Positions 16,478-25,125 of a stretch of DNA of 52,044 nt are shown here, one piece after another. Source of the stretch: a virus (Duplodnaviria > Caudoviricetes). A model generated the notes under the pieces. That model was not told the DNA's origin and searched no databases. It saw nothing but the letters and a program-made list of their open reading frames with translations. The translations under genes and the position numbers were made by a program. The number at the start of each line of letters is the position of its first letter. The first letter of the stretch is position 1. The stretch is taken from positions 1-52,044 of IMG/VR virus record IMGVR_UViG_3300025608_000030. One strand, 5' to 3'.

Positions 16478-17824
16478 ATGAAGAAAGAACTAGAAATATT
16501 CATGAAGATAGAGGGACTTTCTGGTAACGGATCCCAGAAGGTGAAACAAACACTCATTTCTGAAAATTTATCTAACGAAATGGAATACCTTTTGGATGTT
16601 TGTTTTAACCCGTTTATTACAACAAAACTCCACAAGTTAAATATCAATACCCATACTCCTGGAAGAAAATATCAGAGAGATCCAGAGGAGTTTTGGAACA
16701 CATTTAAAACTTTGGTGGAAGAGCTTAAAGTTGCACCTGCTGCAAATGATTCTCTTAGGCAAAGGGCTGAGGATCTTCTTGAACACACTTTTGATCCTGA
16801 CGGCGACGTTGATCTAGGTATAAGGAAGATGCTCATGAAAGTACTAACCAAAAGGATGAATATCGGACTAGGTGCTAAGCTAATCAATAAAGCGGTTGGG
16901 AGTGAAATTATCCCGGATCCTTCTTTGATGCTTGCAACGGACAAACAGGGGGAGATTGAAACTTGGGACAAAATCTATTGTGAAGAGAAGTACGATGGGG
17001 TTCGTGTTATAGCTATGATGAATCCCGATAGGTCATTCTCTTTTTATACTCGTGCATTCAATGAGCTGGACTCATCTAAATTAAGCAAGATTTCGAAGGA
17101 TCTTTCAGTGATCTCTGATAAGGCTGGATACACTAATGTATTTTATGATGGTGAGTTAACGGATTTTGATAGAAAGTCAGTTTCCGGAAAGGTCACACAG
17201 ATTTTAAAAGGAACTGCCCCTGACAATATAGATGACAATTTCCTCTTCAATGTGTTTGATTTGGATGACAATACAACGCTTGAAAGTGGCAAGGGCTCTG
17301 TACTGTATACAGAGAGAAGGAGGTCTCTTGCAGAGACGTTGGATTTTCTACCCGAGGATTCCAATATTAGACTTGGCCAGATGTGGGAGGTAGATTCAAT
17401 GGAAGACACACTAGTTATCTATAAGAGAATCGTTGACGATGGAGGTGAAGGTGTGATTTGTAAGAATGATCATTTCTATGAGTGTAAGAGAAGTAAAAGC
17501 TGGATTAAACTTAAAGAAGTTAATGATTGTGACCTTGAGATAATCGGCTGGTACCCAGGAGAGGGTAAAAGAGAGGGATATATCGGAGGATTGGTTTGTA
17601 CAGACCAATCAAAAACCCTTAACGTAAAGATAGGTGCTGGATTCACTGATAAGGATCTCGAAATATTAAGTAAGAATCCTGATGATCTGGTAGGTAAAAT
17701 AGCTGCTGTCCAGTACAATGTTACAATTACAGATAAGTACGAAAATAGAAGTCTTTTCCTACCGAGATTTATAGAGGTTAGAACAGACAAAACCCTATCA
17801 GACGATATGTCTAAACTGTTCTAA
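16478..17824 (+). CDS. lig: ATP-dependent DNA ligase
   Basis: EEKYDGVR, DGEL, EGVICK, WIKLK and LFLPRF motifs. Confidence 0.95.
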   Translation: MKKELEIFMKIEGLSGNGSQKVKQTLISENLSNEMEYLLDVCFNPFITTKLHKLNINTHTPGRKYQRDPEEFWNTFKTLVEELKVAPAANDSLRQRAEDLLEHTFDPDGDVDLGIRKMLMKVLTKRMNIGLGAKLINKAVGSEIIPDPSLMLATDKQGEIETWDKIYCEEKYDGVRVIAMMNPDRSFSFYTRAFNELDSSKLSKISKDLSVISDKAGYTNVFYDGELTDFDRKSVSGKVTQILKGTAPDNIDDNFLFNVFDLDDNTTLESGKGSVLYTERRRSLAETLDFLPEDSNIRLGQMWEVDSMEDTLVIYKRIVDDGGEGVICKNDHFYECKRSKSWIKLKEVNDCDLEIIGWYPGEGKREGYIGGLVCTDQSKTLNVKIGAGFTDKDLEILSKNPDDLVGKIAAVQYNVTITDKYENRSLFLPRFIEVRTDKTLSDDMSKLF

Positions 17825-17828
17825 ATGG

Positions 17829-17853
17829 GAAACTAAAGGCTCTTTTCTCTGTA
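17829..17853 (+). promoter_or_regulatory. GAAAC-N17-GTA promoter-like motif
   Basis: Upstream of the clamp loader. Confidence 0.55.
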
Positions 17854-17872
17854 CAAGAGTAAAGAGCTTTTT

Positions 17873-18820
17873 ATGATAGATCAACTCCTTACAGAGAAGT
17901 TAAGACCAAAGGAAATTAAGCATATGATCTTGCCAAACAGGATCAGATCGCTTTTTGATAATAAAGGTCTTAACCATAACGTTTTATTAGCTGGGTCTCC
18001 AGGATGTGGTAAGACAACACTCGCTAAAATACTTTCAAACGGTTTACCCCACATCTTCATCAACGTATCTGATGAGAGTTCGGTAGATACCATTCGTACC
18101 AAGATCAACGATTTTTGCTCAACTATGAGTATTATGGACGGAAAATCCTCCAAGAAAGTAGTTGTTCTTGACGAGTTTGATGGAGCTTCTGATCAATTCT
18201 ATAAAGCCCTTAGAGGAACTATTGAAAAATTTGCTTCGAATACTAGATTTGTAGCTACCTGTAATTGGCTAAATAAGGTACCTGAGGCTATACAGAGTAG
18301 ATTTGAAGTAATCAACTTTGACCCCATTAGTCAGTCTGAGGAGGAATTTCTCAGAAAAGAATGGAGATCTAGGATTAAATTAATTCTCAGTAAGCTCTCA
18401 ATTTCTATAGACGATGCTTCGCTCGACGAGTTTGAGAAGGAATACTTTCCTGATTTAAGGTCTTCTTTAAATAGGATACAGTCTTGGGTTATTGAAGGGG
18501 TAAAGGAGATAGACATTTCTAGAGTTAGAGATTCTGGCTGGTCTTACGATGACCTATACAATATGATTTTTACTTCAAAGGACCCGATCAGTAATTATCA
18601 GGTTATAGTAGGTCAATACTCATCTAAGGTCGATGATGTGATGGCAGCCTTGGGAGAAGAATTCATACAGTGGATAATGAAGAACAAATCATCATATGCT
18701 AAGATAGTTCCTGCGGTAGTTGTCGAGGTAGCACACCACCAAGCACAAAGACAGCTTGTAATTGACCCAGTAGTAAGTCTGCTATCTTTGATTTTTAAAA
18801 TACAAAAACTTGTAGAATAA
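17873..18820 (+). CDS. gp44: Sliding-clamp loader AAA+ subunit (T4 gp44 / RFC-like)
   Basis: EKLRP, GSPGCGKTT, LDEFD and SRF motifs. Confidence 0.92.
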   Translation: MIDQLLTEKLRPKEIKHMILPNRIRSLFDNKGLNHNVLLAGSPGCGKTTLAKILSNGLPHIFINVSDESSVDTIRTKINDFCSTMSIMDGKSSKKVVVLDEFDGASDQFYKALRGTIEKFASNTRFVATCNWLNKVPEAIQSRFEVINFDPISQSEEEFLRKEWRSRIKLILSKLSISIDDASLDEFEKEYFPDLRSSLNRIQSWVIEGVKEIDISRVRDSGWSYDDLYNMIFTSKDPISNYQVIVGQYSSKVDDVMAALGEEFIQWIMKNKSSYAKIVPAVVVEVAHHQAQRQLVIDPVVSLLSLIFKIQKLVE

Positions 18821-19110
18821 TGGATTTATTACCAGAAGAAATAAGAAAAAATACGTATATCTATAAGTTCTATAAAAGAGGCGAAAAGGCAATGATGTAC
18901 GAGCAGATTGAACCTACAGAGAAAAGAACAGTTGCCTATGAGGTTTTTAAGAGAAAAATTGATAAGCCGAAGGTTGTTTTTGGTATAGAACTTAACGAAA
19001 GAGAGATTTTCCCAGGAAACGAGGATTTTGGTAAATGGGCTTGGGCAATATCTGATAAGCAAAGAGCATTAGATAAGTTTGACTCGATAGAGAATCAGTC
19101 TGATGAATAA
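18820..19110 (+). CDS. Hypothetical protein
   Basis: Coupled ORF (YEVF...FPGNEDFGKWAW). Confidence 0.7.
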   Translation: MDLLPEEIRKNTYIYKFYKRGEKAMMYEQIEPTEKRTVAYEVFKRKIDKPKVVFGIELNEREIFPGNEDFGKWAWAISDKQRALDKFDSIENQSDE

Positions 19111-19447
19111 ACAGGGACTAATTTTTGTCATTATAATAGCTCTTGCTCAATCTGGTGCTTGGTTTCAGCAGTTTTCCCAGATAAGGTGGGATTGGTTTAG
19201 GACCAATACGTGGTTTAATATAGGGATACTCGGTATTCTGTTGTCAATACTTTTCGTTTATGGTGCTAAGATTGGATATGAGGCCTGGGAGAGTGTTTGG
19301 AAAATAAGACTAATCCAATTTGCCATCGGTGCTTTTGTTGTTTCTTTTTGGAGTTGGTTTATACTTGGGGAGGGAGTTAATCTAAAGACCTTCGTTTGTT
19401 TGATGTTGGCTTTAGGGATTATACTTATACAGGTTTTTTGGAAATAG
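19103..19447 (+). CDS. Small four-TM membrane protein (DMT/SMR-like)
   Basis: Four hydrophobic helices; LGEG...K pattern. Confidence 0.6.
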   Translation: MNKQGLIFVIIIALAQSGAWFQQFSQIRWDWFRTNTWFNIGILGILLSILFVYGAKIGYEAWESVWKIRLIQFAIGAFVVSFWSWFILGEGVNLKTFVCLMLALGIILIQVFWK

Positions 19448-19448
19448 A

Positions 19449-19970
19449 ATGAAAAGATTAATTATAGTAGGAAAGGGTGGATCTGGGAAAGATCACCTTA
19501 GAAAAAAATTGGAAGATAAGGGTTTTAAGTATTGTGTTTCACACACCACCCGTCCTCCAAGAGAAGGCGAGGAAGATGGTAAAGACTACCACTTTATATC
19601 TCTGGATACCGCAATCCATGGGTTTATTGAAACCAAAAGGTTCTATGAGCATGTAGTTTTTAATGATTGGATATATGGAACATCTTTAGAGGAATTTTAT
19701 TCAAGCAACCTTTTTATAATGACACCTTCTGGACTTGAGTCTATGAAACGTGAGGATAGGATCGAATCTTTTGTTGTTTATCTAGATATTGATGAATCGA
19801 CTAGGAGGGAAAGATTATCCCAAAGAAATGACGCAGATAAGCTAGAGAGAAGATTAAATGCTGACTACTTGGATTTTAAGGATTTTAAGGATTTTGACGA
19901 GAGAATAGAAGATCCTTATTTTAATGAAACTGGAGATTGGGGAAATTTAAATTTTTATAAGAATGATTAA
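19449..19970 (+). CDS. gmk: Guanylate kinase-like protein
   Basis: GKGGSGKD, SHTTRPPREGE..GKDYHF and YGTS motifs. Confidence 0.9.
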   Translation: MKRLIIVGKGGSGKDHLRKKLEDKGFKYCVSHTTRPPREGEEDGKDYHFISLDTAIHGFIETKRFYEHVVFNDWIYGTSLEEFYSSNLFIMTPSGLESMKREDRIESFVVYLDIDESTRRERLSQRNDADKLERRLNADYLDFKDFKDFDERIEDPYFNETGDWGNLNFYKND

Positions 19971-21099
19971 TGTATTAATAGACGGAAATTACATCTTCCA
20001 TAAAACTTTTGGTGTTTTTGGTGGATATGGGAATAAGAATCCAATGGATATATTGGGTACAGCGAACGAGCAGTCTATGTTTATTCGTAAAATATCTACT
20101 GATCTTACATCTTCCTTAAGATCTATCCCAACGGGGGGTAGGTTGGTTTTTGCCGCGGACAGCAGAAGCTGGAGAAAGGACGTTGAAATAGAAGGTGGTG
20201 GATATAAATCAAATAGGGTTAAGGACGAGGAGGTTGATTGGAGTGTTTTCTTTAATCTTTTAACTTCTTATGGTGAGCATTTAGAAAAAATGGGATTTGT
20301 ATTTTCTAAAGTTAATGGAGCAGAGGGAGATGACCTCCTTTATTTTTGGGCTGACTATCTTAACTCTAAAGGAGAAAACTGCATTATTATTTCTGGTGAT
20401 AAGGATTTACACCAACTGGCTAGATGGAAAAATGACAACTGGACCATAGTATGGAATGCAAATTCTAAAAACAATGTGCTTTCGGTTCCAGAAAATTGGG
20501 AAGATGAATGGCTTAACAAAAACCCTGCTGCTAGCGTTTTTGATATGGGAAGTGTAATGGACCCAGATAAGGAAAAACTTAAGACGTTTATCAATAAGGT
20601 TGAGGTCAATGAGATTGTACCGAGGGACTTCGTATTCATAAAAATGTTAGTTGGTGATAAAGGAGATGCAGTACCGGGTATCTGGGAAGTCCAGAAGGGA
20701 TCTAGAACACACAGAATTACTCCAAAAAAAGCAGAGGTTATTCTCGAGTCTCTCCAATCTACTGAGTGGGCTAAAACACCCTTTTCCGAATTGATTGAGG
20801 ACGATAACTTTTTACAGTGGACATCGAAATATTGTTTGAAGTTATTGGACGATGTTGACAGTAAGGAAAATAGAGAAAAGGCCTCTGAGAATCTCAAGAG
20901 AAATTATAAGCTAATGTGGTTGGATAAGGCAGTTATACCACAGGAGGTTATTGAAGGCACGATTGATGAATTAAAAAGAGGAATATCTTTACCTAAGAAG
21001 TCTATAACTTTGGATAGAGTAAAGATCATAGAGGGAACTAGCTGGGTGAGTTCACAGAATGCTCCAAGTCAGTTTGATCCATTTAAAGACTTTAATTGA
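19963..21099 (+). CDS. rnh: 5'-3' exonuclease / T4 RNase H-like flap nuclease
   Basis: LIDGN, SWRK, YKSNR, EGDD, SGDKDL and GDKGD.VPG motifs. Confidence 0.9.
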   Translation: MINVLIDGNYIFHKTFGVFGGYGNKNPMDILGTANEQSMFIRKISTDLTSSLRSIPTGGRLVFAADSRSWRKDVEIEGGGYKSNRVKDEEVDWSVFFNLLTSYGEHLEKMGFVFSKVNGAEGDDLLYFWADYLNSKGENCIIISGDKDLHQLARWKNDNWTIVWNANSKNNVLSVPENWEDEWLNKNPAASVFDMGSVMDPDKEKLKTFINKVEVNEIVPRDFVFIKMLVGDKGDAVPGIWEVQKGSRTHRITPKKAEVILESLQSTEWAKTPFSELIEDDNFLQWTSKYCLKLLDDVDSKENREKASENLKRNYKLMWLDKAVIPQEVIEGTIDELKRGISLPKKSITLDRVKIIEGTSWVSSQNAPSQFDPFKDFN

Positions 21100-21524
21100 T
21101 GGAATTATTTGATGTAGTAAAAACTATTTTTAAAAAAGATAGTGAATGGGACAAGGTTTCCCGGAATGATAAAGTTAGAAACTTTTTTATGGTAAACAGG
21201 ATAATGTCCATACAGTTTCCCATACAGGCTGACCAGTTCAACCACACTAAGGTTCTACCTAGACCTGTTATTGACTGGTGGCACAACACATTAAGTAAAC
21301 ATTATACAAAGATGCCTGGATGGATATTTACAAAAACTAAGAAAGTTCCAGGCGTATCCACTAAGATTACTGATTACGAAGCTGATAAAGATGTAGAGCT
21401 TTTTGTCCTAAATAGGTTTGAAATTTCAAGAAGGGAACTCTCAGATCTTAAGAACTTCTACCCCGAAAAATATAGGGATTGGATGGAATCTGTGAGCGAT
21501 CAGATTTCCGGGACAAAAAAGTAA
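21096..21524 (+). CDS. Hypothetical protein, possibly clamp-loader small subunit (gp62-like)
   Basis: Size, FMVNRIMS and WIFTKTKK, and replication-operon context. Confidence 0.4.
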   Translation: MMELFDVVKTIFKKDSEWDKVSRNDKVRNFFMVNRIMSIQFPIQADQFNHTKVLPRPVIDWWHNTLSKHYTKMPGWIFTKTKKVPGVSTKITDYEADKDVELFVLNRFEISRRELSDLKNFYPEKYRDWMESVSDQISGTKK

Positions 21525-21530
21525 GAGGCA

Positions 21531-21538
21531 GATATATA
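21531..21538 (+). promoter_or_regulatory. Putative late promoter GATATATA
   Basis: Intergenic, before ATG 21570. Confidence 0.6.
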
Positions 21539-21569
21539 AAATATACTTAGCCCCCTCAACTGATATAAT

Positions 21570-22109
21570 ATGAGAAAAGATTTCACGAGACTAATAGAGA
21601 AGCTTGTACAAAGCTTAGATTGGGATACTATTTTTGGTGTTCATAAGACTTTTAAATTTGGAATAGGTGAAGGTAGTGAGGTTATCCCTGGACTTAAAAG
21701 AAAAATTTATAGCGAATCACTTACAAAAAATGACGTTAAGAATGAACTTAAGGCTCTATTGAGATTTGTTGTAAACAATGACATTTCTAAATTTTCTTAT
21801 GGTCCTTGGATGATTTTCTGGTTTAATCAAGATTGGGATATCATATTTGAGGAAGATGAGAATTTAGAGGGTGACCTAGAATTTGATGATTATAGAGTTG
21901 AATCTAGATTAGAGGTATTATTTTCCCCTCAGAGGATATGTTTAACTGTAGATGCTAAACCAGAAGAGGAAGGGGATGCACTCTCAAACGAAGAGGCTGT
22001 ACTCACTAAAATGATGAAGAAAGCACTGAAGTCAGAAAACTATGAGATTGCTGGTAAGATACAGGAACTACTGGATCTAAATAATTCGGAGTCGACTTCG
22101 GATAAATAG
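21570..22109 (+). CDS. Hypothetical protein with C-terminal UVR-like motif
   Basis: KALKSENYEIAGKIQELL resembles the UvrB/C motif. Confidence 0.65.
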   Translation: MRKDFTRLIEKLVQSLDWDTIFGVHKTFKFGIGEGSEVIPGLKRKIYSESLTKNDVKNELKALLRFVVNNDISKFSYGPWMIFWFNQDWDIIFEEDENLEGDLEFDDYRVESRLEVLFSPQRICLTVDAKPEEEGDALSNEEAVLTKMMKKALKSENYEIAGKIQELLDLNNSESTSDK

Positions 22110-22127
22110 ATAAAATATATTCACATT

Positions 22128-22610
22128 TTGAAGTACATCAAGACCATAAATGAATTTTTCGACGTAGGAGTATTCGGTGATACCTACGGATATGGTGGTG
22201 CTAACGGTATTTTTAAAGTACAGTATAAGCCATACAAAGATTTGTCAGTTTCTGTTGGTCCTGATCCTAATCAAAAAAGAAATGTGAAGGGATCACAATT
22301 CCAGGTGGGAGACTTAGTTATAGGTACCCCAGTAGATGCTAAGGATAAAGTAGCGGGAATGATAGTTAGATCTGAAAGAACCCCAGATAATAAGTCTTAT
22401 CGTTATTTTGTACAGGTCCAATCTAAAGGTAAGGACAAAGAGGAAGTTTTAGAGTTAATTCCAGATTCTGTAGAATTTATTGATAATGGGGACAGAGGAC
22501 ATAAAGAAATTATCTCTCACTTTAAGCTTGATAACATGCCTTCCGGGGTTTATAATTCACCTACAGTTTATAATAACACCAAACTTGGTATAGAAGCTAT
22601 CGGAAGTTAG
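22128..22610 (+). CDS. Putative internal head protein with SH3-like domain
   Basis: Leader MKYIKTINE; FQVGDLV; variant promoter GATAAATA at 22101. Confidence 0.6.
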   Translation: MKYIKTINEFFDVGVFGDTYGYGGANGIFKVQYKPYKDLSVSVGPDPNQKRNVKGSQFQVGDLVIGTPVDAKDKVAGMIVRSERTPDNKSYRYFVQVQSKGKDKEEVLELIPDSVEFIDNGDRGHKEIISHFKLDNMPSGVYNSPTVYNNTKLGIEAIGS

Positions 22611-22634
22611 AAACTTTAACCGATCTTTCTGCTA
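22610..22634 (+). promoter_or_regulatory. GAAAC-N17-CTA promoter-like motif
   Basis: Upstream of the UvsE-like gene. Confidence 0.55.
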
Positions 22635-22641
22635 AAATGTA

Positions 22642-23523
22642 TTGATGATACTAGGCAGGAACTTGAACCAAATTGGATATGTTAACCGGGATTTGAATCC
22701 TGTCGACGGTGATTTGCACCTTTTCCTTTTACATATTTTTGAAAGTGTTACTAAAGATCATTCCAGAGGAATCTCTGTAACTTGTTTGGAAATCCACCAG
22801 GGGTTTCCAATATTTGACTTCTCGTTAATAGAGGAGGATAGCAAGGAGTCTAGTGTTATCTGGGACATCTTCCAATTTATAAAATCCAGTAAACATAGGA
22901 TATTTTTCTTCCTTCCAAATTATTATTTTCTAGGAAGTCAAATACCTAGTGTTATCGAGGATAGTAAATCTTTAATTTCTTCTCTGTCCATATTGTTAGA
23001 TCAAATAGGAATTAGAGAAACCTCTATAATACTAAGGGTAGGAAGCGCATATGGTGCAAGAAAAGTCACACTCGATAGATTTTGTTCTGAGATTGAGAGC
23101 ATGGAAAATTCGGTAATAGAAAAGCTATCTGTTTGTAACGACGAAAAGCCAAGTTTATTTTCGGTAACCGATTTACTAAGTGGTGTTTTCTATAGGATTA
23201 ATATACCGATAGTTTTTAGATTCCTTCCTCATCAATTCAATAGTGGTGGACTTTCAACAAGGGAAGCATATTTCTTAGCTGTTTCTACATGGGTAAAAAA
23301 TAAAATCCCAGTATTCATTCACTCAGAGTCTTCTGAGGTTGATGAAAATGGTGTATCACTTTCTCCATCAGCCTCTTCTTCCCTTTCGTACCGAATTCCA
23401 ACATTTGGTCTAGAAATAGATGTTATTATTGATATGCCTTCTGGACTTGATGGATGTTTAAGCTATTTAAGTAGATACATTTCGCTTAAACCAATGGTGA
23501 TTAATAAAGTTGGTAAGAAATAA
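22642..23523 (+). CDS. UV-damage endonuclease (UvsE/UvdE)-like protein, apparently degenerate
   Basis: GSAYG..K..LDRF, NDEK..FSV.DLL, IPIVF and HSES are present, but several metal ligands are substituted. Confidence 0.75.
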   Translation: MMILGRNLNQIGYVNRDLNPVDGDLHLFLLHIFESVTKDHSRGISVTCLEIHQGFPIFDFSLIEEDSKESSVIWDIFQFIKSSKHRIFFFLPNYYFLGSQIPSVIEDSKSLISSLSILLDQIGIRETSIILRVGSAYGARKVTLDRFCSEIESMENSVIEKLSVCNDEKPSLFSVTDLLSGVFYRINIPIVFRFLPHQFNSGGLSTREAYFLAVSTWVKNKIPVFIHSESSEVDENGVSLSPSASSSLSYRIPTFGLEIDVIIDMPSGLDGCLSYLSRYISLKPMVINKVGKK

Positions 23524-23546
23524 TTTTTTCTTACGCTTCTTTCCTT

Positions 23547-23554
23547 TAGTTTTG
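23547..23554 (+). promoter_or_regulatory. Bacteroidota-type -7 element TAGTTTTG
   Basis: TAnnTTTG 14 nt before ATG 23569. Confidence 0.55.
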
Positions 23555-23568
23555 AGTAAAATAAGAAT

Positions 23569-24348
23569 ATGCCCGAGTTAGCTGAATTAAAACTTACCTC
23601 TGATTACGTGAACGGTGTTTCTGAGGGTAAGATTTTCACCCACATAACTAAAAATCCCGATCACAAATGGAAGGATGTTGATTTTGGTGAGAAATTCTAC
23701 ATTAAGTCATCAAGCAGAGGTAAGGAGATAAAAATGACTCTAATTTCTGTTAATTCTGACAAGAAAGAAAACTTGATGATGACCATGGGAATGGGAGGAC
23801 ACTTTAAATGGGCATCCCAGGGGGAGTCTTTTAGAAATACCCACCTTTTCTTCCATTGTAATGACGGTGGACATTTAGCCTTTGTTGATGTGAGGAGATT
23901 TGGTAAATGGAAGTGGGGAGATTGGAATAAAGATAGAGGTCCAGATCCAACCACAGAATATTTTCTTTTTTGTAATAACATTTTACAAAATCTACATAAA
24001 AGAGCCTTTGATAAGCCCATTTATGAGGTACTAATGAATCAGAGGTACTTTAATGGAATTGGGAATTATTTGAGAGCAGAGATTTTGATCAGGATTCCTG
24101 ATGAAGATCCGTTTCAATCTGCTAGAGAATTTATCAGTAAAAGAAATTGGGAGCTATTTGAATTATGTAAGAATATACCAATTCTTGTTTATGAAATAGG
24201 TGGAGGTACACTAAAGGATTGGAAGAATCCTTTTGGTGAGGTATCTTCGGTTCGTGATTTTATGAAGTGCTACGGAAATCCGGCAATGGAAAAAATAGAA
24301 GATCGTGGTGGTAGGATGTTTTGGTACGACACAAAATGGAAAAAATAA
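23569..24348 (+). CDS. nei: Fpg/Nei-family DNA glycosylase (NEIL1-like, no zinc finger)
   Basis: MPELAE, RGKE, MGMGG, DVRRFG and H2TH GIGNYLRAEIL motifs. Confidence 0.9.
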   Translation: MPELAELKLTSDYVNGVSEGKIFTHITKNPDHKWKDVDFGEKFYIKSSSRGKEIKMTLISVNSDKKENLMMTMGMGGHFKWASQGESFRNTHLFFHCNDGGHLAFVDVRRFGKWKWGDWNKDRGPDPTTEYFLFCNNILQNLHKRAFDKPIYEVLMNQRYFNGIGNYLRAEILIRIPDEDPFQSAREFISKRNWELFELCKNIPILVYEIGGGTLKDWKNPFGEVSSVRDFMKCYGNPAMEKIEDRGGRMFWYDTKWKK

Positions 24349-24354
24349 AAAAAC

Positions 24355-25062
24355 ATGATAAGTAGAAAAATTTTAGAAAATTGTCTTTTTTTGGATGTTG
24401 AGACTGCAACTGGATATCCTGATTTTGAAACACTTACACTGGAAGATCCCAGATTAGCTGAACTTTGGTCCAGGAGAGCTAAATATTACAGAACAGTCTA
24501 CGAAGATATGAACAACCTGGATGATGGAGAAATCTATAAGGAAAAAGCAACTCTAGAGCCTGAATTTTCTAGAGTTGTTTGTGTTTCTTTTGGTGTTTTA
24601 CAAGAAACTGGTCAGACAAGAATGACATCCTTTTATGGAGAAGATGAAGAGGATATACTTAACAAAACCTCTAAAGTATTCATCAATGCATTGGCTAAAA
24701 ACATGAAATTAGCTGGACACAATATTAAGGGATTTGACATTCCCTGTCTCGGTAAGAGAATGATTTACAAACTAAGTTCGCCAGTCCTTCCACAGAATCT
24801 TGTTATTTGGGACAAAAAACCATGGGAAATTCCTTATTTGGATACATCAGAGGTTTTTTCATTTGGTAGTTGGTCTCACCAAAAATACCTATCCCTAGAT
24901 CTCCTTGCTTGCTCTTTGGGTGTTCCATCTCCAAAAGGTGATATGGACGGATCTAAGGTTAGTGAGGCATATTGGATTGATAAGGATTTTGAAAAGATTA
25001 AGGAGTATTGCGAAAGAGATGTACAGACAGTAATAGATGTCCTAGATAAGGTAGCTATCTAG
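24355..25062 (+). CDS. PolB-related 3'-5' exonuclease (DnaQ fold)
   Basis: LDVET, GHNIKGFD and YCERDV motifs. Confidence 0.88.
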   Translation: MISRKILENCLFLDVETATGYPDFETLTLEDPRLAELWSRRAKYYRTVYEDMNNLDDGEIYKEKATLEPEFSRVVCVSFGVLQETGQTRMTSFYGEDEEDILNKTSKVFINALAKNMKLAGHNIKGFDIPCLGKRMIYKLSSPVLPQNLVIWDKKPWEIPYLDTSEVFSFGSWSHQKYLSLDLLACSLGVPSPKGDMDGSKVSEAYWIDKDFEKIKEYCERDVQTVIDVLDKVAI

Positions 25063-25085
25063 AATTACTTTTTTATTTCCTTTTG

Positions 25086-25125
25086 GGGATTGTTTTGATA
25101 TATAGAATCAAACAATCCCTTTTTT
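25086..25125 (+). terminator. Terminator hairpin containing a GATATATA late promoter (25097-25104)
   Basis: GGGATTGTTT(T)GAT-atataga-ATCAAACAATCCC followed by TTTTTT. Confidence 0.7.
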
